A stretch of DNA of 64,000 nucleotides from a virus, in the IMG/VR virus record IMGVR_UViG_3300044857_000313, positions 23,140-87,139 of that record; one strand, written 5' to 3'. Below are positions 44,543 through 52,775 of the stretch, piece after piece. The notes under the pieces were generated by a model. It searched no databases, was not told the DNA's origin, and saw only the letters and a program-made list of their open reading frames with translations. The position numbers and the translations under genes are program-made. The number at the start of each line of letters is the position of its first letter. The first letter of the stretch is position 1.

Positions 44543-44756
44543 AAGGGCTGGCTAGTTGCTAGGTTGACATGGTGTACAATCAGAACGGAAATGAATTAAA
44601 ATGTATTATAGGTACTGTAAAAGTACGGAGCGGCCAAAACGAGGGCCATACGGGGGAAAACGGAAGCGGAAGCCCGACACGTAAGGCCTTACAGATTTTT
44701 TAGATTTTTCAAAGTCCGAAGCGTATCTAAGCGTACCTGAAAGGAGAAGACACACA

Positions 44757-44895
44757 ATGACAAGAGCAAGACAAAGCCGTTCTTGAGCTAAGACACAAAT
44801 ATAATATAGATGATGCGTCAAGTGGTGTGTCTAAGAGCGTCTAGGACGTTTGTGATGAGTTGTAGACACCAAGGAATAGAAACTCACTGTGTCCT
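44757..44895 (+). pseudogene. int: Integrase remnant (copy B)
   Basis: Aligns to copy-A int start and codons ~55-95, with an internal deletion and in-frame stops. Homology then jumps to the copy-A xis 5' end (deletion of roughly 1.2 kb). Confidence 0.85.
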
Positions 44896-44950
44896 ATTTA
44901 TGATAAGGAGTTGAGGTGAAATCATCAACATCATTATTTAAATGGGTTCT
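44896..44950 (-). pseudogene. xis: Excisionase remnant (copy B)
   Basis: Matches only the first ~18 codons of copy-A xis; the start codon is lost. Confidence 0.7.
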
Positions 44951-45114
44951 AAGGATTCTTTCGTAGACTAAAGGAAATCTTAGTAGACTTGAGATAGTAA
45001 AGAATAGTAAAGAATCTTTAAGAATCTCTTTCTTTGATTTATAATCATCATCAACAATCATCATTAAAGAATTATTAAAGAATCTCTAGTCCCATATCTG
45101 TCATAATAATAAAT

Positions 45115-45148
45115 ATGAGGTACTAGCCATCATCGGCTAGAACCTCAT
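45115..45148 (-). terminator. Hairpin terminator downstream of terL (copy B)
   Basis: atgaggtactagcc/ggctagaacctcat with a compensatory change relative to copy A. Confidence 0.5.
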
Positions 45149-45186
45149 AGATTCTATTAGATACTATATATACTTTTCGTCTCTTT

Positions 45187-45209
45187 TCTTCAGTACGCGG
45201 CACAATTCT
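45187..45209 (-). promoter_or_regulatory. Degenerate phage-RNAP promoter-like element
   Basis: Minus strand AGAATTGTGCCGCGTACTGAAGA. Confidence 0.35.
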
Positions 45210-45212
45210 TTT

Positions 45213-45235
45213 TTTGTTAATATGTGGCACAATTA
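45213..45235 (-). promoter_or_regulatory. Degenerate phage-RNAP promoter-like element
   Basis: Minus strand TTAATTGTGCCACATATTAAC (upstream half conserved). Confidence 0.35.
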
Positions 45236-45243
45236 ATTTTTGT

Positions 45244-46941
45244 CTAATTACTACGTAGCTCTCTGATAGCTTTTATACATCTATTATTATGCGAACTATT
45301 TGTATAATTAGGCAATACAGATTCATTCAGCCAATCCTCAAGCTGTTCAGCTGTCAGCTCTGTAAGTTGACTGTCTTCATCCACATCCATGCGTTCCATA
45401 AAATAAGACACACCAATAGTCAAGGCATCCAACCTATCATCATGACTCAAGGCGTTCTTATCCCTACACAAACGTGTCATTTGATAAATCAACGAATAAT
45501 GATAGTCTTGTTGGAAGACCTTAAAGTCCTGTTCGACTACTGGACGATTCACAATGAGCTTATGCCGCATCATAACAGGCTCTAGGGTGTCTATCATACG
45601 TAATTCCTTTTGCCCTCTATTGGTGACAGGCTCAATGCCACAAGGATGTATTTTATTGAAGATAGGTGTCATAAGTTTTGTGAACATACCATCCCCAAAG
45701 TTATCTTCTGGTACTACAACATCAACGTCCCAGAATTTAGCACGATTTGCCATCTGAGTGAGTGTTAAGTCTGAGTAACCTTCTTTAAAGCCCCCTACAT
45801 CCATAAGGAACAAATAGCCATTAAGGTACTTTAAGATTGCATAGACTGTTTCGTCCGTCCCACGACCCGATGGGTCTATAGCCATCAATGTTGTCTGATA
45901 AGGCATTGTTTCGGGGCTTCTGGACAGCTCACTGTAGTAATAGTCCCCTGCCATGGCTGTACAGGGAATATCAGACAATAGCTGTTCCCTACCTTTTGCC
46001 CACGCCCATTTAAGGCTACTTTCCTTCATATCAAGGTTTGTGATAATCAAGTCAGATACCTTTAACGGATACTTTTCCGCATCAGACAACCGAGTATTGA
46101 GCATGTACTGGAGAGCAAACCCTGCTTTCCCATAGGACAAGGAACGCTTCGCAATTTCTTCCTCATTGAAACGCAAGGGGTCTGTAGGCTTCCCTTCAAG
46201 ACTAGGGTCAGCTTTCAGTTTGTTCCAAATAGAGGGAGCAAGGGAGTCACCATAATTATCTTCTACCCTAGATAATTGAGGATACAAGACAGGCCAGATA
46301 CGGGCAATATATCCACGGTCTTGTAAGGTGTTGTACAAACTAGATTCTGTCTGTGGTGTCCCTAGATATATGATTTGACCATTTGGCTTTAGGATTGCGT
46401 CAAATTCCTTTACGGCTTCTGAAAGCTTATCACGCTGTTGTTGTGTTGCTGAGTTCTTAGGGACTTCCACGTCATCGGCAATCAGAATGTCCGCACGTGT
46501 CCCTGTAATCTGCCCTGTGATACCTATAGACTTTACAGACGGAGAAATATCAGGAACGACACCCCCTACATCAAAAATGTTCTGTGTGTCTAACTGCCCC
46601 TTGTCCGCTATCATATCAGACAGGAAAGGGAGTGTCTGTATGATACGCTTGATAAAGCGAGCGTTCGCATCCGCTCTGTCCCCTGATGCAGACACAATCA
46701 AAATCTTTAGTTGTCTTTCCTTCCACAATCTCCACACCACATAAGCACATGTCAAGAAGGACTTTGCAACACCACGGAACCCCTCAAGAATAATACGGTC
46801 TTTAGGGGGATTCTGTAGATAGTTTGCAATGTCAATCTGAATAGGGGTAGGCTGTGGAAGGTCAATAGACCGCCAGACAATATAGACAAATGCCCAGAAG
46901 TGTTCACGTGCCTTCTGGACATCCGCTTCATTCCACTTCAA
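45244..46941 (-). CDS. terL: Terminase large subunit, intact and intronless
   Basis: 565 aa, collinear with the two copy-A exons. Confidence 0.9.
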   Translation of the reverse strand: MKWNEADVQKAREHFWAFVYIVWRSIDLPQPTPIQIDIANYLQNPPKDRIILEGFRGVAKSFLTCAYVVWRLWKERQLKILIVSASGDRADANARFIKRIIQTLPFLSDMIADKGQLDTQNIFDVGGVVPDISPSVKSIGITGQITGTRADILIADDVEVPKNSATQQQRDKLSEAVKEFDAILKPNGQIIYLGTPQTESSLYNTLQDRGYIARIWPVLYPQLSRVEDNYGDSLAPSIWNKLKADPSLEGKPTDPLRFNEEEIAKRSLSYGKAGFALQYMLNTRLSDAEKYPLKVSDLIITNLDMKESSLKWAWAKGREQLLSDIPCTAMAGDYYYSELSRSPETMPYQTTLMAIDPSGRGTDETVYAILKYLNGYLFLMDVGGFKEGYSDLTLTQMANRAKFWDVDVVVPEDNFGDGMFTKLMTPIFNKIHPCGIEPVTNRGQKELRMIDTLEPVMMRHKLIVNRPVVEQDFKVFQQDYHYSLIYQMTRLCRDKNALSHDDRLDALTIGVSYFMERMDVDEDSQLTELTAEQLEDWLNESVLPNYTNSSHNNRCIKAIRELRSN

Positions 46942-46945
46942 TCTA

Positions 46946-47185
46946 TCAACCTTCTTTCACAAGTTCCATGAAGTCAGGAATCTTAGATGCTTCCTGTTTT
47001 ACTTCTTTGACACCTTCAATCTCAACTGTGGTGTTGAAATCGTTGTCTTTCAAGAACTGTCGTACCTTTGCGAGAAAGGCAGGATTTTTACGCTGTTCAT
47101 CATCCCCAAGCCCTTCTAAGAGGGCCTGTACTTCTTCTGTTGCTAAACGGTCAATCAATTCCTGTGGAATGTTAAAATTAGCCAT
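46946..47185 (-). CDS. Small acidic protein, possible small terminase
   Basis: Ortholog of 4363..4602. Confidence 0.35.
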   Translation of the reverse strand: MANFNIPQELIDRLATEEVQALLEGLGDDEQRKNPAFLAKVRQFLKDNDFNTTVEIEGVKEVKQEASKIPDFMELVKEG

Positions 47186-47191
47186 ATATCA

Positions 47192-47644
47192 TCATCCTCT
47201 CTCCATACTGCATACTTTTAAATCTTTGTGTGTCTTCCCAAATACAATAATTGCACTAGGGAAAGGCGCACTATTCTTACTGTTTCCAAACTTCAAACGT
47301 CCTTTGATAAAACGAATTTCATTCGCTTTCATTGCGTAGTCATGCCACCATTTTGTGTCTGTGCGTGAAGGTACAAGACAGACAACTGTTGTCTTTGCTT
47401 CCATAGCCTTCTTCATCCATGCCCCTATTTTTTTTCCGTATGGAGGGTTCATCCAACAGACACCCTGCCAATCATGTGATAAACCATCATCAAGGGGAGA
47501 AAAGAACTTAGAGCATTTCGCATTTTCAGGGGTGGCACATACATCTATATCAAAATGAAATTCATCATTCAAGCTATTAAATAAATCCTGTGGCGTCTCC
47601 CACACTTCATTTTCACTGCTATATAAAACCTTATTAATAGCCAT
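47192..47644 (-). CDS. Phage Dam-family DNA N6-adenine methyltransferase (intact)
   Basis: NPPYGKKIGAWMKKA is continuous here. A8 run at 47428..47435. Confidence 0.85.
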   Translation of the reverse strand: MAINKVLYSSENEVWETPQDLFNSLNDEFHFDIDVCATPENAKCSKFFSPLDDGLSHDWQGVCWMNPPYGKKIGAWMKKAMEAKTTVVCLVPSRTDTKWWHDYAMKANEIRFIKGRLKFGNSKNSAPFPSAIIVFGKTHKDLKVCSMERG

Positions 47645-47725
47645 TATGCTTCTCCTCACGAAAAATAAAACTCCCCATAGGTAAATACACCTAAAGGGAG
47701 TTACATAACTTCTACCCCCAAGATA

Positions 47726-47938
47726 TTAAGGGATAGACACAATTTTAACATCATCTCCGTATCTCCTGATAGCAGAATCAGGGCTACAACCAAATCTGTA
47801 TGGGAACAAAGGACACTTCACTAATTCACATTTACGTACTTCCGCATCATTACCTGCACAACAGTCCATGCATTTATCACGGATTGCACGTGTATAGGAA
47901 GTATTAGTGACCTTCCTCATTAAAATCTTATTACTCAT
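47726..47938 (-). CDS. Small Cys-rich protein
   Basis: Ortholog of 5145..5357. Confidence 0.5.
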   Translation of the reverse strand: MSNKILMRKVTNTSYTRAIRDKCMDCCAGNDAEVRKCELVKCPLFPYRFGCSPDSAIRRYGDDVKIVSIP

Positions 47939-48330
47939 CGTGTACACCCCCAAACTAATAAGCCACCTGCAACAACCCATGCTAAATCACGCTGTCGCTC
48001 CATCCGCTTTACCGACTTATTCAGAGAGTCCGTTTGCTTTTGCAATTCCGTCAAGTTCTGCTTGTAATCTGTCAAGTACACTTGCGCTTTCGTCAGCTCT
48101 TTCTGCGATTCTGTCAGCTGTTCCTTGAGCTTCTGAGAGTCCTGCTGTTGCGCTGTCGACTGCTTCTGTAGCTCTGTCGTCATCTGTCGTAAGCTGTTGA
48201 ATTGTTCTATTGACATTTCCACTTTCTGCGGATTCTGTGCGTGAACTGTAGAAGTAGACACAGAGGGAAAGACACAGAAGCACACCAACAGTGAAAGACA
48301 CAAGCAGAGCTTTTTTATTCTGTTGGTCAT
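47935..48330 (-). CDS. Spanin-like membrane/coiled-coil protein, frame 1
   Basis: Ortholog of 5354..5788. Confidence 0.5.
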   Translation of the reverse strand: MTNRIKKLCLCLSLLVCFCVFPSVSTSTVHAQNPQKVEMSIEQFNSLRQMTTELQKQSTAQQQDSQKLKEQLTESQKELTKAQVYLTDYKQNLTELQKQTDSLNKSVKRMERQRDLAWVVAGGLLVWGCTR

Positions 48331-48340
48331 TAATCACCAT
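48017..48340 (-). CDS. Overlapping alternative-frame TM/coiled-coil ORF
   Basis: Ortholog of 5436..5765; AAGGGGG just upstream of the ATG. Confidence 0.4.
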   Translation of the reverse strand: MVINDQQNKKALLVSFTVGVLLCLSLCVYFYSSRTESAESGNVNRTIQQLTTDDDRATEAVDSATAGLSEAQGTADRIAERADESASVLDRLQAELDGIAKANGLSE

Positions 48341-48518
48341 ACACCCCCTTTAAGTCTTCTTCCCATTCATCCAAATGCTCATGATCTTCCATAGACAAAG
48401 GACTATTCAAATACCCTTCGTCTTCTGCATATAATAAAGCCTGTGCTAACTGTCCTAATTCATTATCATCTGCGTTCATAATTTTATTACATAAATGTTT
48501 TCTAATATTTTCATACAT
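48330..48518 (-). CDS. Small acidic protein (copy-B specific)
   Basis: 62-aa ORF between endolysin and the spanin-like genes; absent from copy A. Confidence 0.4.
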   Translation of the reverse strand: MYENIRKHLCNKIMNADDNELGQLAQALLYAEDEGYLNSPLSMEDHEHLDEWEEDLKGVYGD

Positions 48519-48520
48519 AT

Positions 48521-49117
48521 CTAATTCAGCTCCTCATACCATTCATTCATATCTACATTGGTGTCTCCAATACACTCGCTATCACTGTACTGCCAGCCCG
48601 CTACATGTTTATCTGGATAATCCTGTGCAAAGCCATTGTATCCACGGTAGTCCGCAATCCAATACGGTACATAGTCAGCAAGCAAGTCAGGCCGAATGGA
48701 GTTTGTCATATCGGCAGTGCATTTCAAAGTAGAGGTATAAATCCCTGCTCTGTGTCCTGCCCCATTGCAAGCAACAATAAAGGCTGAACAAAGGGCTGTG
48801 GTGTCTACACCCTCGGCAAAACATTCATCAGCTTCACAGTCAAACCAAATGCCCATAGGTGGCACATCAGCACCGAGCAAGTCCAAAACCGTCTGCGCTT
48901 CTCCCTTTGCTCTTTCGGGTGTCTGAGCATGTGAGAAGCAATATACACCCCAAGGGATACCACGTGTCTTACATTCATTTACGTGTCTAATCCATGTATT
49001 TTCTTCTGTACAACCTTCCGATATTTTAACAATGACACCTTGTACGCCAGCGACTTCCACTGCGTCATAATCAATATCTTTCTGATAATAGGAAACATCA
49101 ATTACTTTACTAATCAT
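48521..49117 (-). CDS. GH25 endolysin
   Basis: Ortholog of 5766..6359. Confidence 0.85.
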   Translation of the reverse strand: MISKVIDVSYYQKDIDYDAVEVAGVQGVIVKISEGCTEENTWIRHVNECKTRGIPWGVYCFSHAQTPERAKGEAQTVLDLLGADVPPMGIWFDCEADECFAEGVDTTALCSAFIVACNGAGHRAGIYTSTLKCTADMTNSIRPDLLADYVPYWIADYRGYNGFAQDYPDKHVAGWQYSDSECIGDTNVDMNEWYEELN

Positions 49118-49294
49118 CTAAATAACACCACCTTGTTTAATAACAGTATAAAATAAACTAAGGATAATACATTCTAACCAAATAAAACAAAGAATAATTG
49201 TACAGGCGTGTTTGTCATCTAATCGTGCATGAAGGATAGTAGCGACAACAAAACAAAGAAAGCAAATGTTAAATATAACAGAAAGATTAATCAT
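49118..49294 (-). CDS. 58-aa two-TM membrane protein (copy-B specific; holin/antiholin-like)
   Basis: Translated by hand: MINLSVIFNICFLCFVVATILHARLDDKHACTIILCFIWLECIILSLFYTVIKQGGVI. The ATG overlaps the holin stop (ATGATTAA) and the stop abuts the endolysin ATG. Confidence 0.5.
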   Translation of the reverse strand: MINLSVIFNICFLCFVVATILHARLDDKHACTIILCFIWLECIILSLFYTVIKQGGVI

Positions 49295-49754
49295 CTAACT
49301 TGTCCACCTTCTTTTCATGTGCAATCTGTGCTAAAGCCCCTCGAATAAAATTAGGAATATACTGACCATAACCCATACGGTCAATATTTTCCACAATACT
49401 TAAAGCTTCCACGATTGCGAAAGCTCCAATAAAAAGTGTCCTTACCATATGGGTATTCATCGCTAAATCAAGCAAGACACCCATACCAATGATAAGGAAC
49501 ATAGTGGCCTTCTTGTATAGGCCATGTGTGGCAATCGAACTTGCGAAAGCATGGAGTTTAAAGGAAGCCCAAAGGCCTGTGAAGATATCACAAGCCACAA
49601 GTGCAACCAAGGCATTAATTTGCTCATCCACGCCACCAACAAGCTGATTGAAGCACAACCAAGCAATAGAAAAAAGACAGCCAATCTTTACCTCTGTGGC
49701 TGTCCATAAATTCCATACTGTGTTAATCATTTTGTGTAGTGTACCTCGTTTCAT
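49287..49754 (-). CDS. Holin (LL-H / Phage_holin_4 type)
   Basis: Ortholog of 6349..6819. Confidence 0.8.
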   Translation of the reverse strand: MKRGTLHKMINTVWNLWTATEVKIGCLFSIAWLCFNQLVGGVDEQINALVALVACDIFTGLWASFKLHAFASSIATHGLYKKATMFLIIGMGVLLDLAMNTHMVRTLFIGAFAIVEALSIVENIDRMGYGQYIPNFIRGALAQIAHEKKVDKLDD

Positions 49755-49922
49755 TTTTTCATCTTCCTTTAGTCCTCTTTCTTCCCTACGCAGTTCCCTT
49801 CGGTGTCAATCATCCACCCCATATCATCAAGTACCTTGTCAATATCTTCTTTGTACTTAGGGAACCTTGCGATAACGTTGTTATACATAAGTTTATGTAA
49901 GATAATCTGATATGCTAAGTAT

Positions 49923-50207
49923 TTAGCCATTCGTAGTCGCTCCTTCCATTAAGGTGTTGAGAGCATCCTCAAGAACTGCAATGCGTTCATCTAAAGAAGG
50001 TGCCTGTTCCTTTGTGTCTTCTTTTTTTGTGAACACAAAGCCCTTTTCATTATCAAAAGTAACTACATCTCCAACTTCGCATTCTTTGTCTGTCACATCT
50101 ACCCAGTATGTCTTAGGGCTGAAAATGGTTGACAACTGTTCCATAGGCATTTCTGTTTCAAATATGTACAAAACTTCTCCATATAAAAGCTGTGCAAATC
50201 TATTCAT
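49923..50207 (-). CDS. Hypothetical protein (copy-B specific; possible fibre accessory)
   Basis: 94-aa ORF downstream of the glycine-rich protein gene. Confidence 0.4.
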   Translation of the reverse strand: MNRFAQLLYGEVLYIFETEMPMEQLSTIFSPKTYWVDVTDKECEVGDVVTFDNEKGFVFTKKEDTKEQAPSLDERIAVLEDALNTLMEGATTNG

Positions 50208-50209
50208 TT

Positions 50210-50926
50210 TTAAATATCACCACCATATTCTACATAAACCCAACCTGTGTTTCCTGCGTTCGCTCCAACGTCCCATGCTGTACCCCCAGAAGCACCCCCA
50301 CTGTATGACACGCCATTGGTAGCTACGTTCGAGCCATTATAAGTTAAAGAAGCACCGCCACCCCCTCTTGCAGATACAGAAGTATTAAACATAGATACTC
50401 CTCCATTTCCTGCATACGAAGGATATGGAGGTTTGCTAGCGGTATTAAAAACCCATGGGTCTCCTCCTTTTCCTACTACTATTGTATATGAAGTATTGGG
50501 AGTAACGTCTATAATGCTCGTAGTCAGTTCCCCAGTACCACCTGAGGCATGCGCTGTTCTCCAATCGGCCGCAGGGTATTTGGTACGCACTGCTAAACCC
50601 CCACCGCCACCCCCTGCACAAGTAACTTTAGCCTTTGTAACACCAACAGGGCATGTCCATGTATATGTACCTGGGCTTGTATAGGAATCTTTGTGATAAG
50701 GGGGCTTTCCACTTGCTAGGATTGCAAATTGATTACCTGTGTGTTCCTTTACTCTCCCCATGGTGGCTCTACCATCATTTTCAGCTCCTAAAGGAATGTA
50801 GGCTTCCACACCATCAACTTTAATGTACGAATAAGCATCTCCTGCTTCTGCCTGAGTGGTATAGAGTTTAACGGTTTGTTCTGTAGAGCCTTTTCTAATA
50901 TGTATTGTTTTATTTAATTCTGCCAT
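50210..50926 (-). CDS. Glycine-rich tail-fibre-associated protein (copy-B specific)
   Basis: Start set at MAELNK. CAGGGGGG, GKGGDP, ARGGGGAS and GGASGG glycine-rich blocks typical of phage fibre-tip proteins. Confidence 0.55.
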   Translation of the reverse strand: MAELNKTIHIRKGSTEQTVKLYTTQAEAGDAYSYIKVDGVEAYIPLGAENDGRATMGRVKEHTGNQFAILASGKPPYHKDSYTSPGTYTWTCPVGVTKAKVTCAGGGGGGLAVRTKYPAADWRTAHASGGTGELTTSIIDVTPNTSYTIVVGKGGDPWVFNTASKPPYPSYAGNGGVSMFNTSVSARGGGGASLTYNGSNVATNGVSYSGGASGGTAWDVGANAGNTGWVYVEYGGDI

Positions 50927-50927
50927 A

Positions 50928-52757
50928 TTAATCCACCCACAATTCAGCACCATTAGGAAATACTAAATGTCCATCTGCATTAATAATAGAAGACATCATA
51001 GATGCTGTATTTTGCTTAACATCATCTACTGTAGCATACGCTTCAAATGGTGTATTATCTATACTCTTACTCAGATTACCACCACGCGAAAAGATACGGC
51101 CCTCGCTTTGACTCACCCATAATTGTGCGATTTCATCATATCCCTTTATTGGTATGTTAATAAGTTGTCCATACCATGTAGGCTGGTTATTTATTATATC
51201 CTTTCCACCATAAAAAATACTACAAAGCCCTAATTTAATCCATCCGGAATTAGACAAATCAGGAGGGACATAGTTGAATGGATAGTATTGGATACCTTCC
51301 AAAAGTGTCTTAGGCGTAACACCATCACCCCATGTGCCGTCTGCTTTTAATACTTTATTCTGTTGGCCTGCTAATGGTTTTGGAACTTTACCCCCATTAC
51401 CATCAGTGTTCGCCGTAGCCCCTTTAAAATCCTGAAAGACACCAGCTGATTCTGCGGCCTGTTTAGCACTGTTGGCGGCGTTTGTCTCCGAGGTCTTCGC
51501 ATTAGTTTCAGAAGCCTTAGCGTTCGTTTCAGAAGTCTTAGCGTTCGTTTCAGAAGTCTTAGCGTTCGTTTCAGAAGTCTTTGCATTGGTTTCAGAAACC
51601 TTAGCGTTCTGTTCCGACTCAAGAGCTTTTGTTTCAGAAGAGCTAGCGTTCGTTTCAGAAGTCTTTGCATTGGTTTCAGAAGTCTTTGCGTTCTGTTCAG
51701 ATGTAAGAGCTTTTGTTTCAGAATCCTTAGCGTGCGTTTCAGAAGTCTTAGCATTCGTTTCAGACGTAAGAGCTTTTGTTTCAGAAGCCTTTGCGTTCGT
51801 TTCAGAAGTCTTAGCGTTCGTTTCAGAAGTCTTAGCGTTCGTTTCAGAAGTCTTTGCGTTCTGTTCAGATGTAAGAGCTTTTGTTTCAGAAGCCTTTGCG
51901 TTCTGTTCAGATGTAAGAGCTTTTGTTTCAGAAGCCTTTGCGTTCGTTTCAGAAGTCTTAGCGTTCGTTTCAGAAGTCTTAGCATTGGTTTCAGAAGATT
52001 TAGCGTTCGTTTCAGAAGCCTTAGCATGTGCTTCTGATGTAGCGGCTTCCTGTGCTTTACCAATACCATACAAAGCCCAGCTTCGAGAACTCTGTGTCTT
52101 CCCTGTGCTACTCTGCGTATCCTCTGCATTGTCTGGCGATTCTGTAGATGTAGCCCAAGCCTTAGAGAGTGTCTCATTTGTCTGAGCTTTACTCTGTGTC
52201 TGCTGTGTAGCACTCAAGGTAGCTTTTGTATCGTTAAGTATTTTTGTATTGTCCGCTACAAATCCACCTTGCACATTTTCCATGTAGTGCTTCGTTACGA
52301 CATCTTGAGGGTCTTTAGGGTCGCTTACATTAACGACACGATGATTCAATGCATCCCAAAGGACTTCTTTATCACTCGTTACTTTTGTAGAGATAGCATT
52401 AGCTGTAATATAGTCCTGTTGTTCTTCCTGCAAATGAAGCATCTGAGCATCTTCTGTGTTCATATCACGTGCAAGTAGAATAGAACCATCATTCCACGTA
52501 ACAATCTTATCTGTACTTGTCTGTCGATAAATAATGATATGTTCTCCAACCTGTGCAGGTGTGGTCAAAGACACGGATAAATCATTGACTGTGTAGTCTA
52601 CCCCATACTCCAATGCTGTCTCCGTAGCATCGGAGTGAAGGATAGACACCATGACAAACTGCTTGCGGAGATATGAAAAAGGGAACGTATAAGTCGTTTG
52701 TGTCCCATCGGTAACTTCATATTCCACACGAGCTTTAAAGCCTGTTGTGTTTGCCAC
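50928..52757 (-). CDS. Tail fibre protein (T7 gp17-like N-terminus, expanded heptad shaft, different tip)
   Basis: N-terminal ~190 aa nearly identical to copy A. Contains tens of SETNAKT-type heptads and a shorter, divergent C-terminus. Confidence 0.9.
   Translation of the reverse strand: MANTTGFKARVEYEVTDGTQTTYTFPFSYLRKQFVMVSILHSDATETALEYGVDYTVNDLSVSLTTPAQVGEHIIIYRQTSTDKIVTWNDGSILLARDMNTEDAQMLHLQEEQQDYITANAISTKVTSDKEVLWDALNHRVVNVSDPKDPQDVVTKHYMENVQGGFVADNTKILNDTKATLSATQQTQSKAQTNETLSKAWATSTESPDNAEDTQSSTGKTQSSRSWALYGIGKAQEAATSEAHAKASETNAKSSETNAKTSETNAKTSETNAKASETKALTSEQNAKASETKALTSEQNAKTSETNAKTSETNAKTSETNAKASETKALTSETNAKTSETHAKDSETKALTSEQNAKTSETNAKTSETNASSSETKALESEQNAKVSETNAKTSETNAKTSETNAKTSETNAKASETNAKTSETNAANSAKQAAESAGVFQDFKGATANTDGNGGKVPKPLAGQQNKVLKADGTWGDGVTPKTLLEGIQYYPFNYVPPDLSNSGWIKLGLCSIFYGGKDIINNQPTWYGQLINIPIKGYDEIAQLWVSQSEGRIFSRGGNLSKSIDNTPFEAYATVDDVKQNTASMMSSIINADGHLVFPNGAELWVD
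51474..52040. repeat. 21-bp tandem repeat array (heptad-coding)
   Basis: gcgttcgtttcagaagtctta-type units repeated over ~570 bp. Confidence 0.9.
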
Positions 52758-52775
52758 TATCTATCACTCTCCTTT

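Noticed and set aside
43805-44756. Search for a tRNA or tmRNA gene (a typical integrase target), or host DNA, at the junction between the two phage copies.
   Set aside because: No cloverleaf-compatible sequence or GTTCGAATC-type T-loop was found by eye. The region is dominated by phage-style promoters and repeats. A tRNAscan or Infernal run is still advisable.
44606-44821. 71-aa minus-strand ORF spanning the int-remnant start region.
   Set aside because: It runs antisense across the int RBS and leader, has no SD, and is low-complexity. It exists only because int is degraded here.
51371-52213. Long alternative-frame and antisense ORFs (280 aa LKRTLRL.., 237 aa, 101 aa) across the fibre repeat array; likewise 8186..8689 and 8401..8652 in copy A.
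   Set aside because: They are a by-product of 21-bp tandem repeats that lack stop codons in several frames. The frame encoding the SETNAKT heptads is continuous with the conserved gp17-like N- and C-terminal domains.
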